Below, in pieces: positions 20,135-31,806 of a DNA stretch of 63,224 bases; position 1 is the first letter of the stretch, and the number at the start of each line of letters is the position of its first letter. Origin of the DNA: Anaeromyxobacter sp. (GTDB lineage Bacteria; Myxococcota; Myxococcia; Myxococcales; Anaeromyxobacteraceae); assembly GCA_036391435.1 (NCBI GenBank), contig DASVZX010000144.1, positions 1 to 63,224 on the forward strand, given 5' to 3'. Below the pieces are notes generated by a model. It did no database searches. It worked only from the letters and a program-made list of their open reading frames with translations, and was not told where the DNA came from. The position numbers and the translations under genes are program-made.

Positions 20135-20339
20135 CTTGGTTGCCCCCACTCTGTCTATCCCGGCACGCCCGCGGGTACCCGCCTTTGCGGGCGCGCTCCG
20201 AAGGTACCGCACCGGTCGCAGCGCGTCGTGTCCGACGTGACGGCGGCGGCCCCCTCGGGGAGCGCGCGCCCAGGCGGGTACTCGTTCCTCTGGCTCAAGG
20301 TCGACGACCTGAGCTTCGCGCGAGTGGTCCCGGGCGGCG

Positions 20340-20368
20340 TTGACGACTAGCTATGACATAGCTATGTT
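20340..20368 (+). promoter_or_regulatory. Sigma70-type promoter with palindromic TA operator
   Basis: TTGACG-17 bp-TATGTT, with TAGCTATG-A-CATAGCTA at 20348-20364. Confidence 0.75.
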
Positions 20369-20375
20369 TCGTTCG

Positions 20376-20699
20376 GTGAGGCTCACGGCCGCACCGGACA
20401 TCGCCGAGTGGCTCGGGACGCGGCCCCGGATGGAGTGGGACGCCGGCAACTGCACGAAGAACCAGACGAAGCACGGGTTCAGTACAGCGGACGTGGAGAG
20501 CATCCTCGATGCAGCGGTCGTGTTCGCTGGCCGGATCGTCGAGCCGGCACACGACGAGGCGCGATACCTGCTCCTCGGCGTCACCTCGGGCGGACGCCAC
20601 GCCACGCTCGTCTTCACCCGTCGCGGTGACAAACTGCGTCCGATCAGCTGTCGCGCGATGCGGAGGAGGGAGAAGGAGGCCTACGATGCAGCGACGTAA
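20376..20699 (+). CDS. brnT: BrnT-family toxin
   Basis: EWDAGNCTKNQTKHGFS..EARYLLLG..LVFTRRGDKLRPISCR..REKEAY; start uncertain (20364/20376/20430). Confidence 0.85.
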   Translation: MRLTAAPDIAEWLGTRPRMEWDAGNCTKNQTKHGFSTADVESILDAAVVFAGRIVEPAHDEARYLLLGVTSGGRHATLVFTRRGDKLRPISCRAMRRREKEAYDAAT

Positions 20700-20958
20700 G
20701 AAGAGTGCCGGTGGACGGGGCATGAAGAACGCGCGGAGCGCCCGCGACTCGACGCTGCGCGAGTTCAGTGAGCGGGACCTCGGCGACGACATCGCGTCCG
20801 CCGGGACGGGCGTGGTCGTGCGTCCTCAGCGGCCTACGTCGATCCTGCTCAGCGACGAGCTGAAGGCGGCGCTTCGGAAGCGCGGTCAGGAGCTCGGGGT
20901 CGGGTACCAGACCGCCGCCAAGATGATCCTCGCCAGGTACGTCAACGCGAAGCTCTAA
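20686..20958 (+). CDS. BrnA/CopG-like RHH antitoxin
   Basis: TSILLSDELKAALRKRGQELGVGYQT; overlaps the brnT 3' end. Confidence 0.78.
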   Translation: MQRRKKSAGGRGMKNARSARDSTLREFSERDLGDDIASAGTGVVVRPQRPTSILLSDELKAALRKRGQELGVGYQTAAKMILARYVNAKL

Positions 20959-21266
20959 GTGGAGCCCGCGGCGGTGATTCGGTGGCATCGCGAACGGTTC
21001 AGGCGCCTTCGACGGCTGAGAGGCCGGCGGGACGTAAGGGAGGCCTCGGCTGGACGGCTCGCTCGTGCGCGATGGTCCGCCTGATGGCGAACGTGACCCC
21101 ATCCCTGATGCTGAACGGCGATGAGGGTCGATGATGCGCGGGATCGCCGGTGTTGGTGGCGGCGTCGGCATCGGGGATCGGCCCCAGGGTTCGTGAACGC
21201 AACCCCGCAGAACGGGCGGCCCGGCCCCGCCGCCAGAGAATCGTCAAGTCACTCGTCGTGACGGGC

Positions 21267-21325
21267 GCCAGCAAACCGATCCCACGCTCACTACCACTAC
21301 GTGAGTGTGGGATCGGTTTGCTGGC
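21267..21325. other. Long hairpin (25-bp stem, 9-nt loop); candidate replication/transfer origin
   Basis: GCCAGCAAACCGATCCCACGCTCAC-TACCACTAC-GTGAGTGTGGGATCGGTTTGCTGGC in a non-coding gap upstream of the rep module. Confidence 0.6.
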
Positions 21326-21557
21326 ACCTGAGAACGAGAGGGAAGGGGGGCGGCGAGGCCGGGCCAGTATGACGGTCGGTGAAATCCAGAAAGGACTCTT
21401 AGGTATTTGGTGGTCAGAGTCGAGTTGGAGGGACTGGGGGCGTGGGCGAGATGGCGAGTCGGGCGGCGGGCGGAGAAACCGAGGGTACGGCGGATCCGGT
21501 CGGGGCGTTTCGAGGGTCGTAGGCGGGGGGAGCCTCATCTGGGCGGAGCAGGCAGTA

Positions 21558-21588
21558 TTGACCTGATAGCCGTCTGACAGCTATGCAG
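21558..21588 (+). promoter_or_regulatory. Putative promoter/operator of the regulator-rep-xis-int operon
   Basis: TTGACC followed by the imperfect palindrome ATAGCCGTC-T-GACAGCTAT (21566-21584). Confidence 0.5.
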
Positions 21589-21606
21589 ATGTCGGAGGCC
21601 GGACAG

Positions 21607-21945
21607 ATGGCGAAGAGAGCCGAAGCGTCGACGGACCCGTTCACGAGCACGGAGCGCATCATGCAGACGTTCCGCATGGCCCGGGAGCTCGTGACGTTCC
21701 TGAAGGGTGAGGCCTCGGCGCGCGGGCTCGACCTCACCGCCTACGTCAACCGGATGCTCGACGGCGTCCGGACCTGGTTTGGGCTGCCGAACGCTGCCGC
21801 CACGCTGCTCGAGGACGACCGGAAGGCGCTCGGGCAGGACCGGTACGAGTACCTGCTCCACGTCCTGTTCCAGCGGAGCCTCGAGCTCCGCGAGAAGGGC
21901 GCCGGTTTCGACGCGCCGGCGAGCGCCAGGTCGAAGAAGGGGTGA
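21607..21945 (+). CDS. Small RHH-like regulator
   Basis: MQTFRMARELVTFLKGEASARGLDLTAYVNRML strand-helix-helix pattern; GGAGG upstream of ATG 21607. Confidence 0.6.
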   Translation: MAKRAEASTDPFTSTERIMQTFRMARELVTFLKGEASARGLDLTAYVNRMLDGVRTWFGLPNAAATLLEDDRKALGQDRYEYLLHVLFQRSLELREKGAGFDAPASARSKKG

Positions 21946-21967
21946 GGGGGAGAAGCAGGACTGGGAG

Positions 21968-23122
21968 ATGCCTCACCCGAAGGGCGCCATCCTCAACGAA
22001 CGCGACCGCGCGCTGCTCTCCTACGTCGGCATCGCCCGGTACGCCTCGGCCGAGCAGCTCCACCGGCTGTTCTTCGAGGGGCGCAGCAAGAAGCAGGTCT
22101 ATCGCCGGCTCGCGAAGCTCTGCGAGCCCGGGAGCAGGCCCGGGGAAGGCGCCTGCCTGCGGCGCCTCGAGTACCGCCGCAGGGAGGGGACCGGCGTGCC
22201 GGTCTGGTCGCTCACGTCCTACGGCCGGAGCCTGGTCGTGCCGCTCGTCCCGTGGCTCCGGCCGCCGGCGACGAACGACGTCGGCGCGCGCTTCCTCGAG
22301 CACACGCTGCTTCTGAACGACGTGCTGATGGGCGTCGTGCTGCAGCTCCGCGCAGGCGGGGTGTCTGCGCCGCTCGCTGCGCTCCCCTTCCGTTGGTTCT
22401 GCGAGGACGACAGCGTCCTCAAGTTCGAGAAGTTCGAGCGAAGCACGGGCACGACCTACCAATCCGTGCTGAAGCCGGACGCCATCGTGGAGATCCCTGG
22501 GCGCGCCCGGCGGCTCTTCATCGAGGCGGAGACGGGAACCCAGAGCATCGCCACGGCGCACCCAGGCCGGGGCGGCGCGATCCTCAGCAAGCTCTCGCGT
22601 TACGCGAACTTCTTCTATGGGTTCGCGGCGTCTCGCCGCGACGGCGAGACCTGGTACCAGCACGCGTACGCGGACGCGTTCGAGCCGCGGATCGTGTTCC
22701 TCGTCCACTCCGACGAGCGATACGAGCGGGTGAAGGCCGCAGTGAACACCTGGCTCGCGTCGAACCACGCGTCGCGGTTCCAGGTCCTCGTGTTCACGTT
22801 CGCGGAGGCCGCGAACGTGCTGGCACCGTACATCACGAACGGGACGCTGCGGGCGCCAGCGCCGCGCGCGATGCGGGTCGTCACGATGGACCTGCAGAAG
22901 GCCGAGCAGCTCCGCGCCGCCTACAACGAGCTCTCCAATGCGATGAACGCGATCAGGGACGAAGTGAAACGCCACAACGCGACGCCGGGTGCGCCGCAGC
23001 TGGCGCTTCCGCCGCTGCGACTCGACCTCGTCCGCCCGCTCCGCGACTTCATCCAGCAGGAGGTCTCCGCTTCGGCGGCGAACTCCGACCAAACGCAGCG
23101 AACCGGAGCGAGCCATGGCTGA
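21968..23122 (+). CDS. Replication-relaxation (Replic_Relax-like) protein
   Basis: LNERDRALL..SAEQLHRLFF (wHTH), HTLLLND, KPDA..LFIEAETGT..KLSRY. Confidence 0.8.
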   Translation: MPHPKGAILNERDRALLSYVGIARYASAEQLHRLFFEGRSKKQVYRRLAKLCEPGSRPGEGACLRRLEYRRREGTGVPVWSLTSYGRSLVVPLVPWLRPPATNDVGARFLEHTLLLNDVLMGVVLQLRAGGVSAPLAALPFRWFCEDDSVLKFEKFERSTGTTYQSVLKPDAIVEIPGRARRLFIEAETGTQSIATAHPGRGGAILSKLSRYANFFYGFAASRRDGETWYQHAYADAFEPRIVFLVHSDERYERVKAAVNTWLASNHASRFQVLVFTFAEAANVLAPYITNGTLRAPAPRAMRVVTMDLQKAEQLRAAYNELSNAMNAIRDEVKRHNATPGAPQLALPPLRLDLVRPLRDFIQQEVSASAANSDQTQRTGASHG

Positions 23123-23468
23123 AGCGACGGCAGGGCAGGCCTCTTTCGGATGGGCGAGCGACACGGCAGCCCCGAGCGAGAAGCGCCCGGCGTCGCGTCG
23201 CACGCGGGCGCCGGCGCGTCGGCAACCACCGCGCGCGGCCGCCCCGCAGCGAATCGCGGCCAGCACGGGCGACCCGCAGCTGCCTCCGGACAACGAGCTC
23301 TGGGACGTGCACGCCGCTGCGAGGTTCCTGAGGCGCAGCGTGAGCTGGGTCTACCACAAGGCCGAGGACGGGACCCTTCCGGTGACGCGCCTCGGCGGCT
23401 GGGGGCTCAGGTTCATACCGGGTGACCTCCGCGCCTGGGTCGCTTCGGGCGCGCCCCGGCGGCGGTAG
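23115..23468 (+). CDS. xis: Excisionase-like HTH protein
   Basis: WDVHAAARFLRRSVSWVYHKAEDGTLPVTRLGGWGLRF; directly upstream of int. Confidence 0.8.
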   Translation: MAEATAGQASFGWASDTAAPSEKRPASRRTRAPARRQPPRAAAPQRIAASTGDPQLPPDNELWDVHAAARFLRRSVSWVYHKAEDGTLPVTRLGGWGLRFIPGDLRAWVASGAPRRR

Positions 23469-23497
23469 ATTCGGGGCAGGCTGGAGCGAGGTGCGGA

Positions 23498-24913
<1,416 letters not shown>

Positions 24914-24963
24914 CACCGGCGCGCGGGGCGGTCAACGAGGAGAGGCCCTCGGCCGTCCGCGGC

Positions 24964-26241
24964 CTACCCGGCGTGGGCCGCGGGTCGGGGCCGCCCCCGC
25001 CTCGCCCGGCCGGCGAGGAGGTGCCCGGCGCCGACCGCGGCCGAGAGGAGCGCTGCGCCGGTGAAGAGCGCGACCGGGCCCGCCCGCTCGAGGACCGCTC
25101 CGCCGAGCGCCGGCGCGAGCGCGATCCCCACGCCGAACGAGAGCGCGAGCATCCCCTGGTAGCGGCCGCGCAGCTCGGGAGGCGAGAGGTCCGCCACGAG
25201 CGAGGACACGGCCGGCATCGCGAGGATCTCGCCGAGGGTCCACACCGCGGTGCAGGCCGCGTACCCGGCGGTCGTCGCACACGCGGCGTACCCGCCGTAA
25301 CCCACCGCGACGAGCAGGGACGCGATGGCGATGGCGCGTCCACCGTCGAGCCGCCGCGCGACGGGGGCCGAGAGCGGCTGGAGCAGCACGATGAGCACGC
25401 CGTTCACGGCCATCACGAGGCCGTAGGCGGCGGGGGAGAGCCCCTGGCGCGCCATCGTGAGCGGCAAGGCCACCATGAACTGGTAGAGCGGGATCAGGAA
25501 GGCGACGTTCAGCGCGAGCAGCACGGCGAGATCGCGATCGGCGAGCGGCGACTTGCGCGGCGCCGGCGCGCCCGCGAGAACGGCGCGCGCGGGGCGGGTC
25601 TCCGGGATCGCGCGCCAGACCACCGCCGCGAAGAGCAGCGTGGTGACGGCGTCCGCGAGGAACAGGCGCGCGTACCCCCCGGAGGCGAGGGCGCCGCCGA
25701 GGGCGAAGGACACGGCGATCCCGGCGTTTCGCTCCCAGTACATGAGCCCGTACGCGTCGCGGTACCGCTCCGGCCGCACCACGTCCGCCACCACCGCGTT
25801 GGCCGCCGGGAAGTAGGCGTTCACCGCGAGGCCGAGCCCCAGCGTCGCGGCGGCGAGGCCGCCGCGCGACGACACCGCCGGGAGGATCGCCGTGAGCAGC
25901 GCCGCCGCGACGAGCGCGCCGATCAGCGTGGGCCGGCGGCCGGCGCGATCCGCGAGCCAGCCGGCGAGCGGTCCCGCGGGGATGGTCCCGGCCCCGAACA
26001 GCGCGACGACGAGCCCGGTCTCGGTCGCGGACAGCCCGCGCGAGCGGAGGAACAGCGCGAGGAACGGGAAGACGAAGGTCGCCAGCGCCATCACGAGCAC
26101 GCCGGCGAAGAGCCACCAGAACGTGGCGGGGAGCCCGGCGGCGGAGGAGGGCAGGGCGCGGCGCAAGCCGCCATCGTAGGCCGGCCGGGCGCTTCCGGGG
26201 GGACTCGCAGCGGCGCCGGAACGCGCCCAGCCGCGGCGCAC
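24964..26241 (-). CDS. MFS transporter
   Basis: ~12 TM segments, GWLADRAGRR motif A; start uncertain. Confidence 0.9.
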   Translation of the reverse strand: MRRGWARSGAAASPPGSARPAYDGGLRRALPSSAAGLPATFWWLFAGVLVMALATFVFPFLALFLRSRGLSATETGLVVALFGAGTIPAGPLAGWLADRAGRRPTLIGALVAAALLTAILPAVSSRGGLAAATLGLGLAVNAYFPAANAVVADVVRPERYRDAYGLMYWERNAGIAVSFALGGALASGGYARLFLADAVTTLLFAAVVWRAIPETRPARAVLAGAPAPRKSPLADRDLAVLLALNVAFLIPLYQFMVALPLTMARQGLSPAAYGLVMAVNGVLIVLLQPLSAPVARRLDGGRAIAIASLLVAVGYGGYAACATTAGYAACTAVWTLGEILAMPAVSSLVADLSPPELRGRYQGMLALSFGVGIALAPALGGAVLERAGPVALFTGAALLSAAVGAGHLLAGRARRGRPRPAAHAG

Positions 26242-26275
26242 GTGGGCGGAAGGCCGGCCTCGGCCGCGCGGTGGT

Positions 26276-26836
26276 CTACTTCGCGAGCGCCGAGACCTTC
26301 TTGAACTCGGGCGTCCCGGCGACGTGGAGCAGGTCGAAGATGACGGTCTCCGCGTTCGTGACCACGGCGCCGGCCTGGCGGCAGAGGTCGAGCCCGCTCT
26401 GGCGGTGCACCTCGGCGCGGCTCGAGACCGCGTCCGCGCAGACGTGCACCTCGTAGCCCATCCCGACGAGGTCGCGCACGGTCTGGAACACGCAGACGTG
26501 CGCCTCCATCCCGCAGACGATCACCTGCCGGCGCCCGGTCTTCTCGAGCGCGGCGGCGATCCCGGGGTCCGCGCCGCAGGAGAAGTGCATCTTCACGAGC
26601 GGCGGCTGGGGCAGCACCTCCTTCAGCTCGGGGATCGTCTCACCGAGCCCCTTCGGATATTGCTCGGTCGCGATCACCGGCATGCCGAGCTCCTTCGCGG
26701 CGCCGACGAGCGCGCGCCCGTACTTCACGACCCGCGCGAGCGCCTCCTGCGGCATCGCGGGCGTCAGCCGGGACTGGACGTCGACGACGAGGACGACGGC
26801 CTTCGTGCGGTCGTACTTGAGCTTGGTCGGAGTCAT
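26276..26836 (-). CDS. Isochorismatase-family hydrolase
   Basis: VVDVQ, TEQYPKGLG, KMHFSC, GMEAHVCV. Confidence 0.92.
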   Translation of the reverse strand: MTPTKLKYDRTKAVVLVVDVQSRLTPAMPQEALARVVKYGRALVGAAKELGMPVIATEQYPKGLGETIPELKEVLPQPPLVKMHFSCGADPGIAAALEKTGRRQVIVCGMEAHVCVFQTVRDLVGMGYEVHVCADAVSSRAEVHRQSGLDLCRQAGAVVTNAETVIFDLLHVAGTPEFKKVSALAK

Positions 26837-26844
26837 CTGTTCCT

Positions 26845-26894
26845 CCCCCTCTCCCTGGCCCTCTCCCCCTGGCGCTGCCAGGGGGAGAGGGGAG
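26845..26894. repeat. REP-like palindromic intergenic element
   Basis: CCCCTCTCCCTGGCCCTCTCCCCCTGGC-GCT-GCCAGGGGGAGAGGG; a related partial copy lies on the minus strand at ~47445-47470. Confidence 0.65.
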
Positions 26895-26937
26895 TGTGTG
26901 AAATCACGCCGGGCTCTGCCGGCACGGATCCGTCCCT

Positions 26938-28590
26938 CTAGATGGCGTATCCGGCGGCCCCGCTCGCGGCGGCCGCCTCGGGGTCGATCTTCACGTCCAC
27001 GCAGTACACGGTCCCCGAGGCGAACGCACGCTCGAGGGCGGGGACGAGGTCCTTCGGGTCCTCGACGTGCTCGCCCCTCCCGCCGAGCGCCTCGACCACC
27101 CGGTCGTAGCGCGTGGGCGCGAGCCGGGTCGCGACGGCGTGCTCGTCGCCGTAGAGGCCGCGCTGCGGGACGAGGATCTGGCCCCAGGCGGCGTCGTTCC
27201 CGACGACGACCACCATCGGCAGCTTGAACCGGACGGCGGTCTCGTAGTCCATCCCGTTCAGCCCGAACGACCCGTCCCCCTGCACGACGCAGACGGGGCG
27301 GCCGGGCGCGAGCAGCTTCGCGGCGATGGCGAACGGCGCCCCGACGCCGAGCGTCCCGAGCGGCCCGGGATCGAGCCAGCGGCCGGGCTCGCGCACCCGG
27401 AGCACCTTCGCCGCCACCGCGACCACGTTCCCGCCGTCGCCCACGTACGTCACGTCGCCGGCGCGGGCCGCCACCGTGTCGATCGCCCGGGCGAGCCGGA
27501 AGTGGTGGATCGGCCGCTGGTCGCTCTCCTCGAAGGCGCGCTGCCGCTCGGCGCGCGCGGTCTCCTCCTCGCGAAGGTGCGCCCGCCACGCGCCGGCCGC
27601 CGGCGAGAGCCGCGCCGCGTAGCCGAGCGCCGCGATCGCGCTCCGCGCGTCCGCGACGACGCCCACGTCGATGGGGCGGTTCCGGCCGATCTCCGCGGCG
27701 TCCACGTCGATCTGGATCACCTTCGCGCCGGGCGCGAAGGTGGGCTCGGTGCCGTACCCCATGCGGAAGTCGAGCGGCGTCCCGACGACGACCACCACGT
27801 CCGCCCGCGCGAGCGCCTCCTTGCGCGAGAGCTGGAAGAACGACGGGTGGTCCGGCGGCAGGCACCCGCGCCCCATCCCGTTCAGGAACACCGGGATGCC
27901 GGTCCGCGTCGCGAGCACCTCGAGCTCGGTGATCGCGTCGTCCCACCAGATGGACGATCCGCCGACGAGCACCGGCCGCTCGGCGCCGGCGAGGAGCCCG
28001 AGGGCGGCGGCGATCTTCCGGGGGTCCCCGGGGAGCCGCGCGTCGGTCCGGTAGAGCGACTGCGCGTCGGCGAGCGCCTCGTCGGCGCCGTTCGAGAGGA
28101 CGTCCCACGGGATCTCGAGGAACACCGGCCCGGGCCGCCCCGAGCAGGCCACGCGGAAGGCCTTCGCGAGGAAGCTCGGGACGAGGTCCGGCGACGGGAC
28201 GCGGTCGGCCCACTTCGTGATCGACTGGAAGAGCGGGACCTGCGGCATCTCCTGGAGCGAGCCGCGCCCCTGGTTGAAGGTCGGCGCGGCGCCCCCGAGC
28301 AGCACGAGCGGCGACGCGGCGGCCCACGCGTTCGCGACGCCGGTGACCGCGTCCGTGACGCCCGGTCCGGCCGTGACGATCGCGACGCCGACCCCGCGGG
28401 TGAGCCGCGCCCAGGCGTCGGCGGCGTGCGCGGCGGCTTGCTCGTGGCGGGTGTCGACGATCCGGATCCCCTCGTCCACGCACCCCGCGTAGATGGGCGC
28501 GACGTGGAGCCCGGAGAGCGTGAAGACGGTCGTCACGCCCTCCTTCCTCAGCATGCGAGCGACGAGGCGGCCGCCGGTCAGGGTCTCCAT
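26938..28590 (-). CDS. Thiamine-pyrophosphate enzyme (acetolactate synthase / 2-hydroxyacyl-CoA lyase-like)
   Basis: TRHEQAAAHAAD, TAGPG, GDGSFG..VGND. Confidence 0.92.
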   Translation of the reverse strand: METLTGGRLVARMLRKEGVTTVFTLSGLHVAPIYAGCVDEGIRIVDTRHEQAAAHAADAWARLTRGVGVAIVTAGPGVTDAVTGVANAWAAASPLVLLGGAAPTFNQGRGSLQEMPQVPLFQSITKWADRVPSPDLVPSFLAKAFRVACSGRPGPVFLEIPWDVLSNGADEALADAQSLYRTDARLPGDPRKIAAALGLLAGAERPVLVGGSSIWWDDAITELEVLATRTGIPVFLNGMGRGCLPPDHPSFFQLSRKEALARADVVVVVGTPLDFRMGYGTEPTFAPGAKVIQIDVDAAEIGRNRPIDVGVVADARSAIAALGYAARLSPAAGAWRAHLREEETARAERQRAFEESDQRPIHHFRLARAIDTVAARAGDVTYVGDGGNVVAVAAKVLRVREPGRWLDPGPLGTLGVGAPFAIAAKLLAPGRPVCVVQGDGSFGLNGMDYETAVRFKLPMVVVVGNDAAWGQILVPQRGLYGDEHAVATRLAPTRYDRVVEALGGRGEHVEDPKDLVPALERAFASGTVYCVDVKIDPEAAAASGAAGYAI

Positions 28591-28672
28591 CCCCCCGATA
28601 TAAACGGCGACGCCCCGCGCGCCTCGGGGGCAGGCGGGGCGTCGAGGGGGCGCCGCTGGGAGGGCGCCGCGC

Positions 28673-28975
28673 CTACTTGCGGAACCGCGACAGCTCGGCG
28701 GTCAGGTCCGCGAGCGCCGGGAACTGCTTGTCCTTGTGGATCGCGACGAGCTTCGCGTAGTTCTGCTCCTCGGTCTCCGGCCGCTTCGGATCCGGCACGC
28801 AGCAGTCCACCGGGCAGACCGCGGCGCAGGCCTCCTCGCCGTGGAAGCCGACGCACTCGGTGCAGAGGTCGGGGTTGATGACGTAGATGTCCTCACCCTG
28901 CGAGATGGCGCTGTTCGGGCACTCGGGCTCGCAAGCGCCGCAGTTGATGCACTCCTCGGTGATGAAGGTCGCCAT
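28673..28975 (-). CDS. 2[4Fe-4S] ferredoxin, YfhL family
   Basis: [28 protein letters not shown] with a C-terminal helix. Confidence 0.93.
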   Translation of the reverse strand: MATFITEECINCGACEPECPNSAISQGEDIYVINPDLCTECVGFHGEEACAAVCPVDCCVPDPKRPETEEQNYAKLVAIHKDKQFPALADLTAELSRFRK

Positions 28976-29094
28976 TCGCTTCTCCTCTTGGTCAGCGGGA
29001 CGCCGGACAGCATACAACGTCGAACGCCCCGGCCGTGTACACGGGCGGGGCGTCCGGGGAACAGCTCCGGCTGCGCGGGTGTTCCGCGGCGGCG

Positions 29095-29364
<270 letters not shown>

Positions 29365-29463
29365 TCAACAGCCGGCGCGCGGTTTTCCTTCGGAAATCCC
29401 GACTGTTCCGGTCGAGATGAGGCGGGCCGCCGCGCCCGGCCGCGGAATCCGGCGCGAAATTCT

Positions 29464-29850
29464 TCAGGACCGATCCGGTCGGCGTTCGCGGACCTCCGCG
29501 GCGACGTGCCGCTGGTCCTCCTCGATCTCCGCGGCGATCCGCGACAGCACGGTGAGTGCGGCGCCGGCGAGCCCCGCCGCCGCGACGGCGAGCACGCCGA
29601 GGAGCCGGTCCCGGCGGGCCGCCGCGAGGTCGAGCGCGATCTCGCGGCGGCGGTCGAACGCGACGCGCTGGCGCTCGGCCCAGTCGCCGTGGAGCGTCTC
29701 GACGAACGAGGCCCCGGCCGACTGCCCCTCGCTCGCGAGCGTCGCGAGCTGTCGCTCCAGCCGGTTCACGCGGAACGTCGCGTGGACGCCGAGCGCGAGG
29801 CCGGCCGCCGCGATCGGGATGCAGACCATGAGGATCTTCGCGCGGGTCAT
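29464..29850 (-). CDS. Hypothetical two-TM membrane protein
   Basis: MTRAKILMVCIPIAAAGLALG..LLGVLAVAAAGLAG; divergent from rlmE. Confidence 0.6.
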   Translation of the reverse strand: MTRAKILMVCIPIAAAGLALGVHATFRVNRLERQLATLASEGQSAGASFVETLHGDWAERQRVAFDRRREIALDLAAARRDRLLGVLAVAAAGLAGAALTVLSRIAAEIEEDQRHVAAEVRERRPDRS

Positions 29851-29895
29851 GTCGGCGGCTTGACGGGCCAGCGAGCGCGAAGGATACCGCGGATC

Positions 29896-30507
29896 ATGGC
29901 GAAGCCCTACGACCCGAAGGACTTCTACTACCGGAAGGCCAAGAAGGAAGGGTTCCGCGCCCGTTCCGCCTTCAAGATCGACGAGATCCTGAAGCGTCAC
30001 CGGCTGCTTCGCCCCGGTGACGCGGTGCTCGATCTCGGCGCCGCGCCGGGTGGGTTCCTGCAGATCCTGGCCGACGCTGTGGGTGAAGGTGGGATCGCCG
30101 TCGGGGTCGATCTCGAGCCGATCCGCAACCTCGGCAAGCGCCAGGTCAGGACCGCGGTCGTGGACCTCCTCGCGCCGGACGCGCTCGAGAAGATCCGCGC
30201 GCTCCACCCGGGCCCCTTCCGGCTCGTCGCGAGCGACATGGCGCCGAAGACCATCGGCGTGAAGATCACCGACGAGGCGCGCTCGCTCGAGCTCGTCCGG
30301 ACGGCGATCCGGATCGCCGAGGCGGCCCTCGCGCCGGGCGGCGCCTTCGTCGCCAAGGTCTTCATGGGCGGCGACTTCCCGCCCCTCAAGAAGGAGCTGC
30401 AGGCGCGGTTCGAGACGGTCCAGATCGTTCGGCCGCAGGCGACGCGGGAGTCGAGCTACGAGATCTACGTGCTCGGGAAGGGCTACCGCGGCGCCGGAAT
30501 CCGTTAA
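29896..30507 (+). CDS. rlmE: 23S rRNA Um2552 methyltransferase
   Basis: KKEGFRARSAFK, LDLGAAPGG, SDMAP, AKVF, SYEIY. Confidence 0.95.
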   Translation: MAKPYDPKDFYYRKAKKEGFRARSAFKIDEILKRHRLLRPGDAVLDLGAAPGGFLQILADAVGEGGIAVGVDLEPIRNLGKRQVRTAVVDLLAPDALEKIRALHPGPFRLVASDMAPKTIGVKITDEARSLELVRTAIRIAEAALAPGGAFVAKVFMGGDFPPLKKELQARFETVQIVRPQATRESSYEIYVLGKGYRGAGIR

Positions 30508-30519
30508 TATTCGCGCCCC

Positions 30520-31785
30520 ATGACGACGCTCCTCGACGAGCTCCGGCCCCGCGGCCTCATCCACGACCAGACGCCCGGCCTCGAGGCGCGCCTCGCCGAG
30601 GGGCCGGTCACGGGCTACGTGGGCTTCGACCCCACCGCGGACTCGCTCCACGTCGGCCACCTGCTCGCGGCGATGTCGCTCGCCTGGCTGCAGCGCTGCG
30701 GCGGGACGCCCGTCATCGTTGTCGGCGGCGGGACCGGCATGGTCGGCGACCCGAGCGGCAAGCGGACCGAGCGCCCGGTGCTCTCGGTCGAGGAGATCGA
30801 CCGGAACGTCGCCGCGATCCGCAAGCAGCTCGAGCGCTTCGTGTCGTTCGAGGGCGTGAACGCGGCGCGGGTGCGCAACAACGCCGACTGGCTCCGGCCG
30901 ATGGGGCTCATGGAGTTCCTGCGCGACGTCGGCAAGCACTTCACCGTGAACTACATGCTCGCGAAGGACTCGGTGAAGGGCCGGATGGAGACCGGGATCT
31001 CGTACACCGAGTTCACGTACATGCTCATCCAGGCGTTCGACTTCTGGCACCTCTGGAAGACCGAGCGCTGCGAGCTGCAGATGGGCGGCTCGGACCAGTG
31101 GGGGAACATCACCGCCGGCGCGGAGCTCATCTCGCGCAAGGACGGCGCGAGCGCCCACGGCCTCACCTTCCCGCTCCTCACCACCGCCTCGGGCCAGAAG
31201 TTCGGGAAGACCGAGGGCGGCGCGGTGTGGCTCGATCCCGCGCGGACGTCGCCCTACCGGTTCTTCCAGTTCTGGGTGAACGCGGACGACCGCGACGTCG
31301 AGCGACTCCTCAAGTTCTTCACCTTCTTCCCGCTCGAGGAGATCGCGGCGCTGCTGGCCGAGCAGGCGAAGGACCCGGGGAAGCGGCCCGCCCAGCGCCG
31401 GCTCGCGGAGGAGATGACGGCGCGGGTCCACGGCAAGGAGGTCGCGGCGAGCGTCGTCGAGGCGACGCGGGTCCTCTTCGGCGGGACGGCGCTCCGCGCG
31501 GTCGCGGCGAGCGTCCTCGGCGTGCTCGCGGGGGAGCTCCCCTCGGTGAAGCTCGCGCGGGCGGAGCTCGAGGGGCTCGCCGCGCCGGACGCGCTCGTCA
31601 AGGTCGGGCTCGCGACGTCGAAGAGCGACGCGCGCCGCGGCATCGCGGGCAAGGGCTTCCTCGTGAACGGCGAGCCCATCGCGGCGCCGGAGCGGACCCT
31701 CGGGGCGGCGGACCTCCTGCACGGGAGGTACGTGATGCTGCAGAAGGGGAAGCGGAACCACGCGATGATCGTGGTGGAGGGGTAG
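30520..31785 (+). CDS. tyrS: Tyrosine--tRNA ligase
   Basis: [29 protein letters not shown]. Confidence 0.98.
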   Translation: MTTLLDELRPRGLIHDQTPGLEARLAEGPVTGYVGFDPTADSLHVGHLLAAMSLAWLQRCGGTPVIVVGGGTGMVGDPSGKRTERPVLSVEEIDRNVAAIRKQLERFVSFEGVNAARVRNNADWLRPMGLMEFLRDVGKHFTVNYMLAKDSVKGRMETGISYTEFTYMLIQAFDFWHLWKTERCELQMGGSDQWGNITAGAELISRKDGASAHGLTFPLLTTASGQKFGKTEGGAVWLDPARTSPYRFFQFWVNADDRDVERLLKFFTFFPLEEIAALLAEQAKDPGKRPAQRRLAEEMTARVHGKEVAASVVEATRVLFGGTALRAVAASVLGVLAGELPSVKLARAELEGLAAPDALVKVGLATSKSDARRGIAGKGFLVNGEPIAAPERTLGAADLLHGRYVMLQKGKRNHAMIVVEG

Positions 31786-31806
31786 GCCGGCCCCCGCGCG
31801 CCCGGC

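Noticed and set aside
15695-20212. 1505-aa single ORF in the track
   Set aside because: The N-terminal ~950 aa is an off-frame shadow of cheBR; the real kinase starts at 17347.
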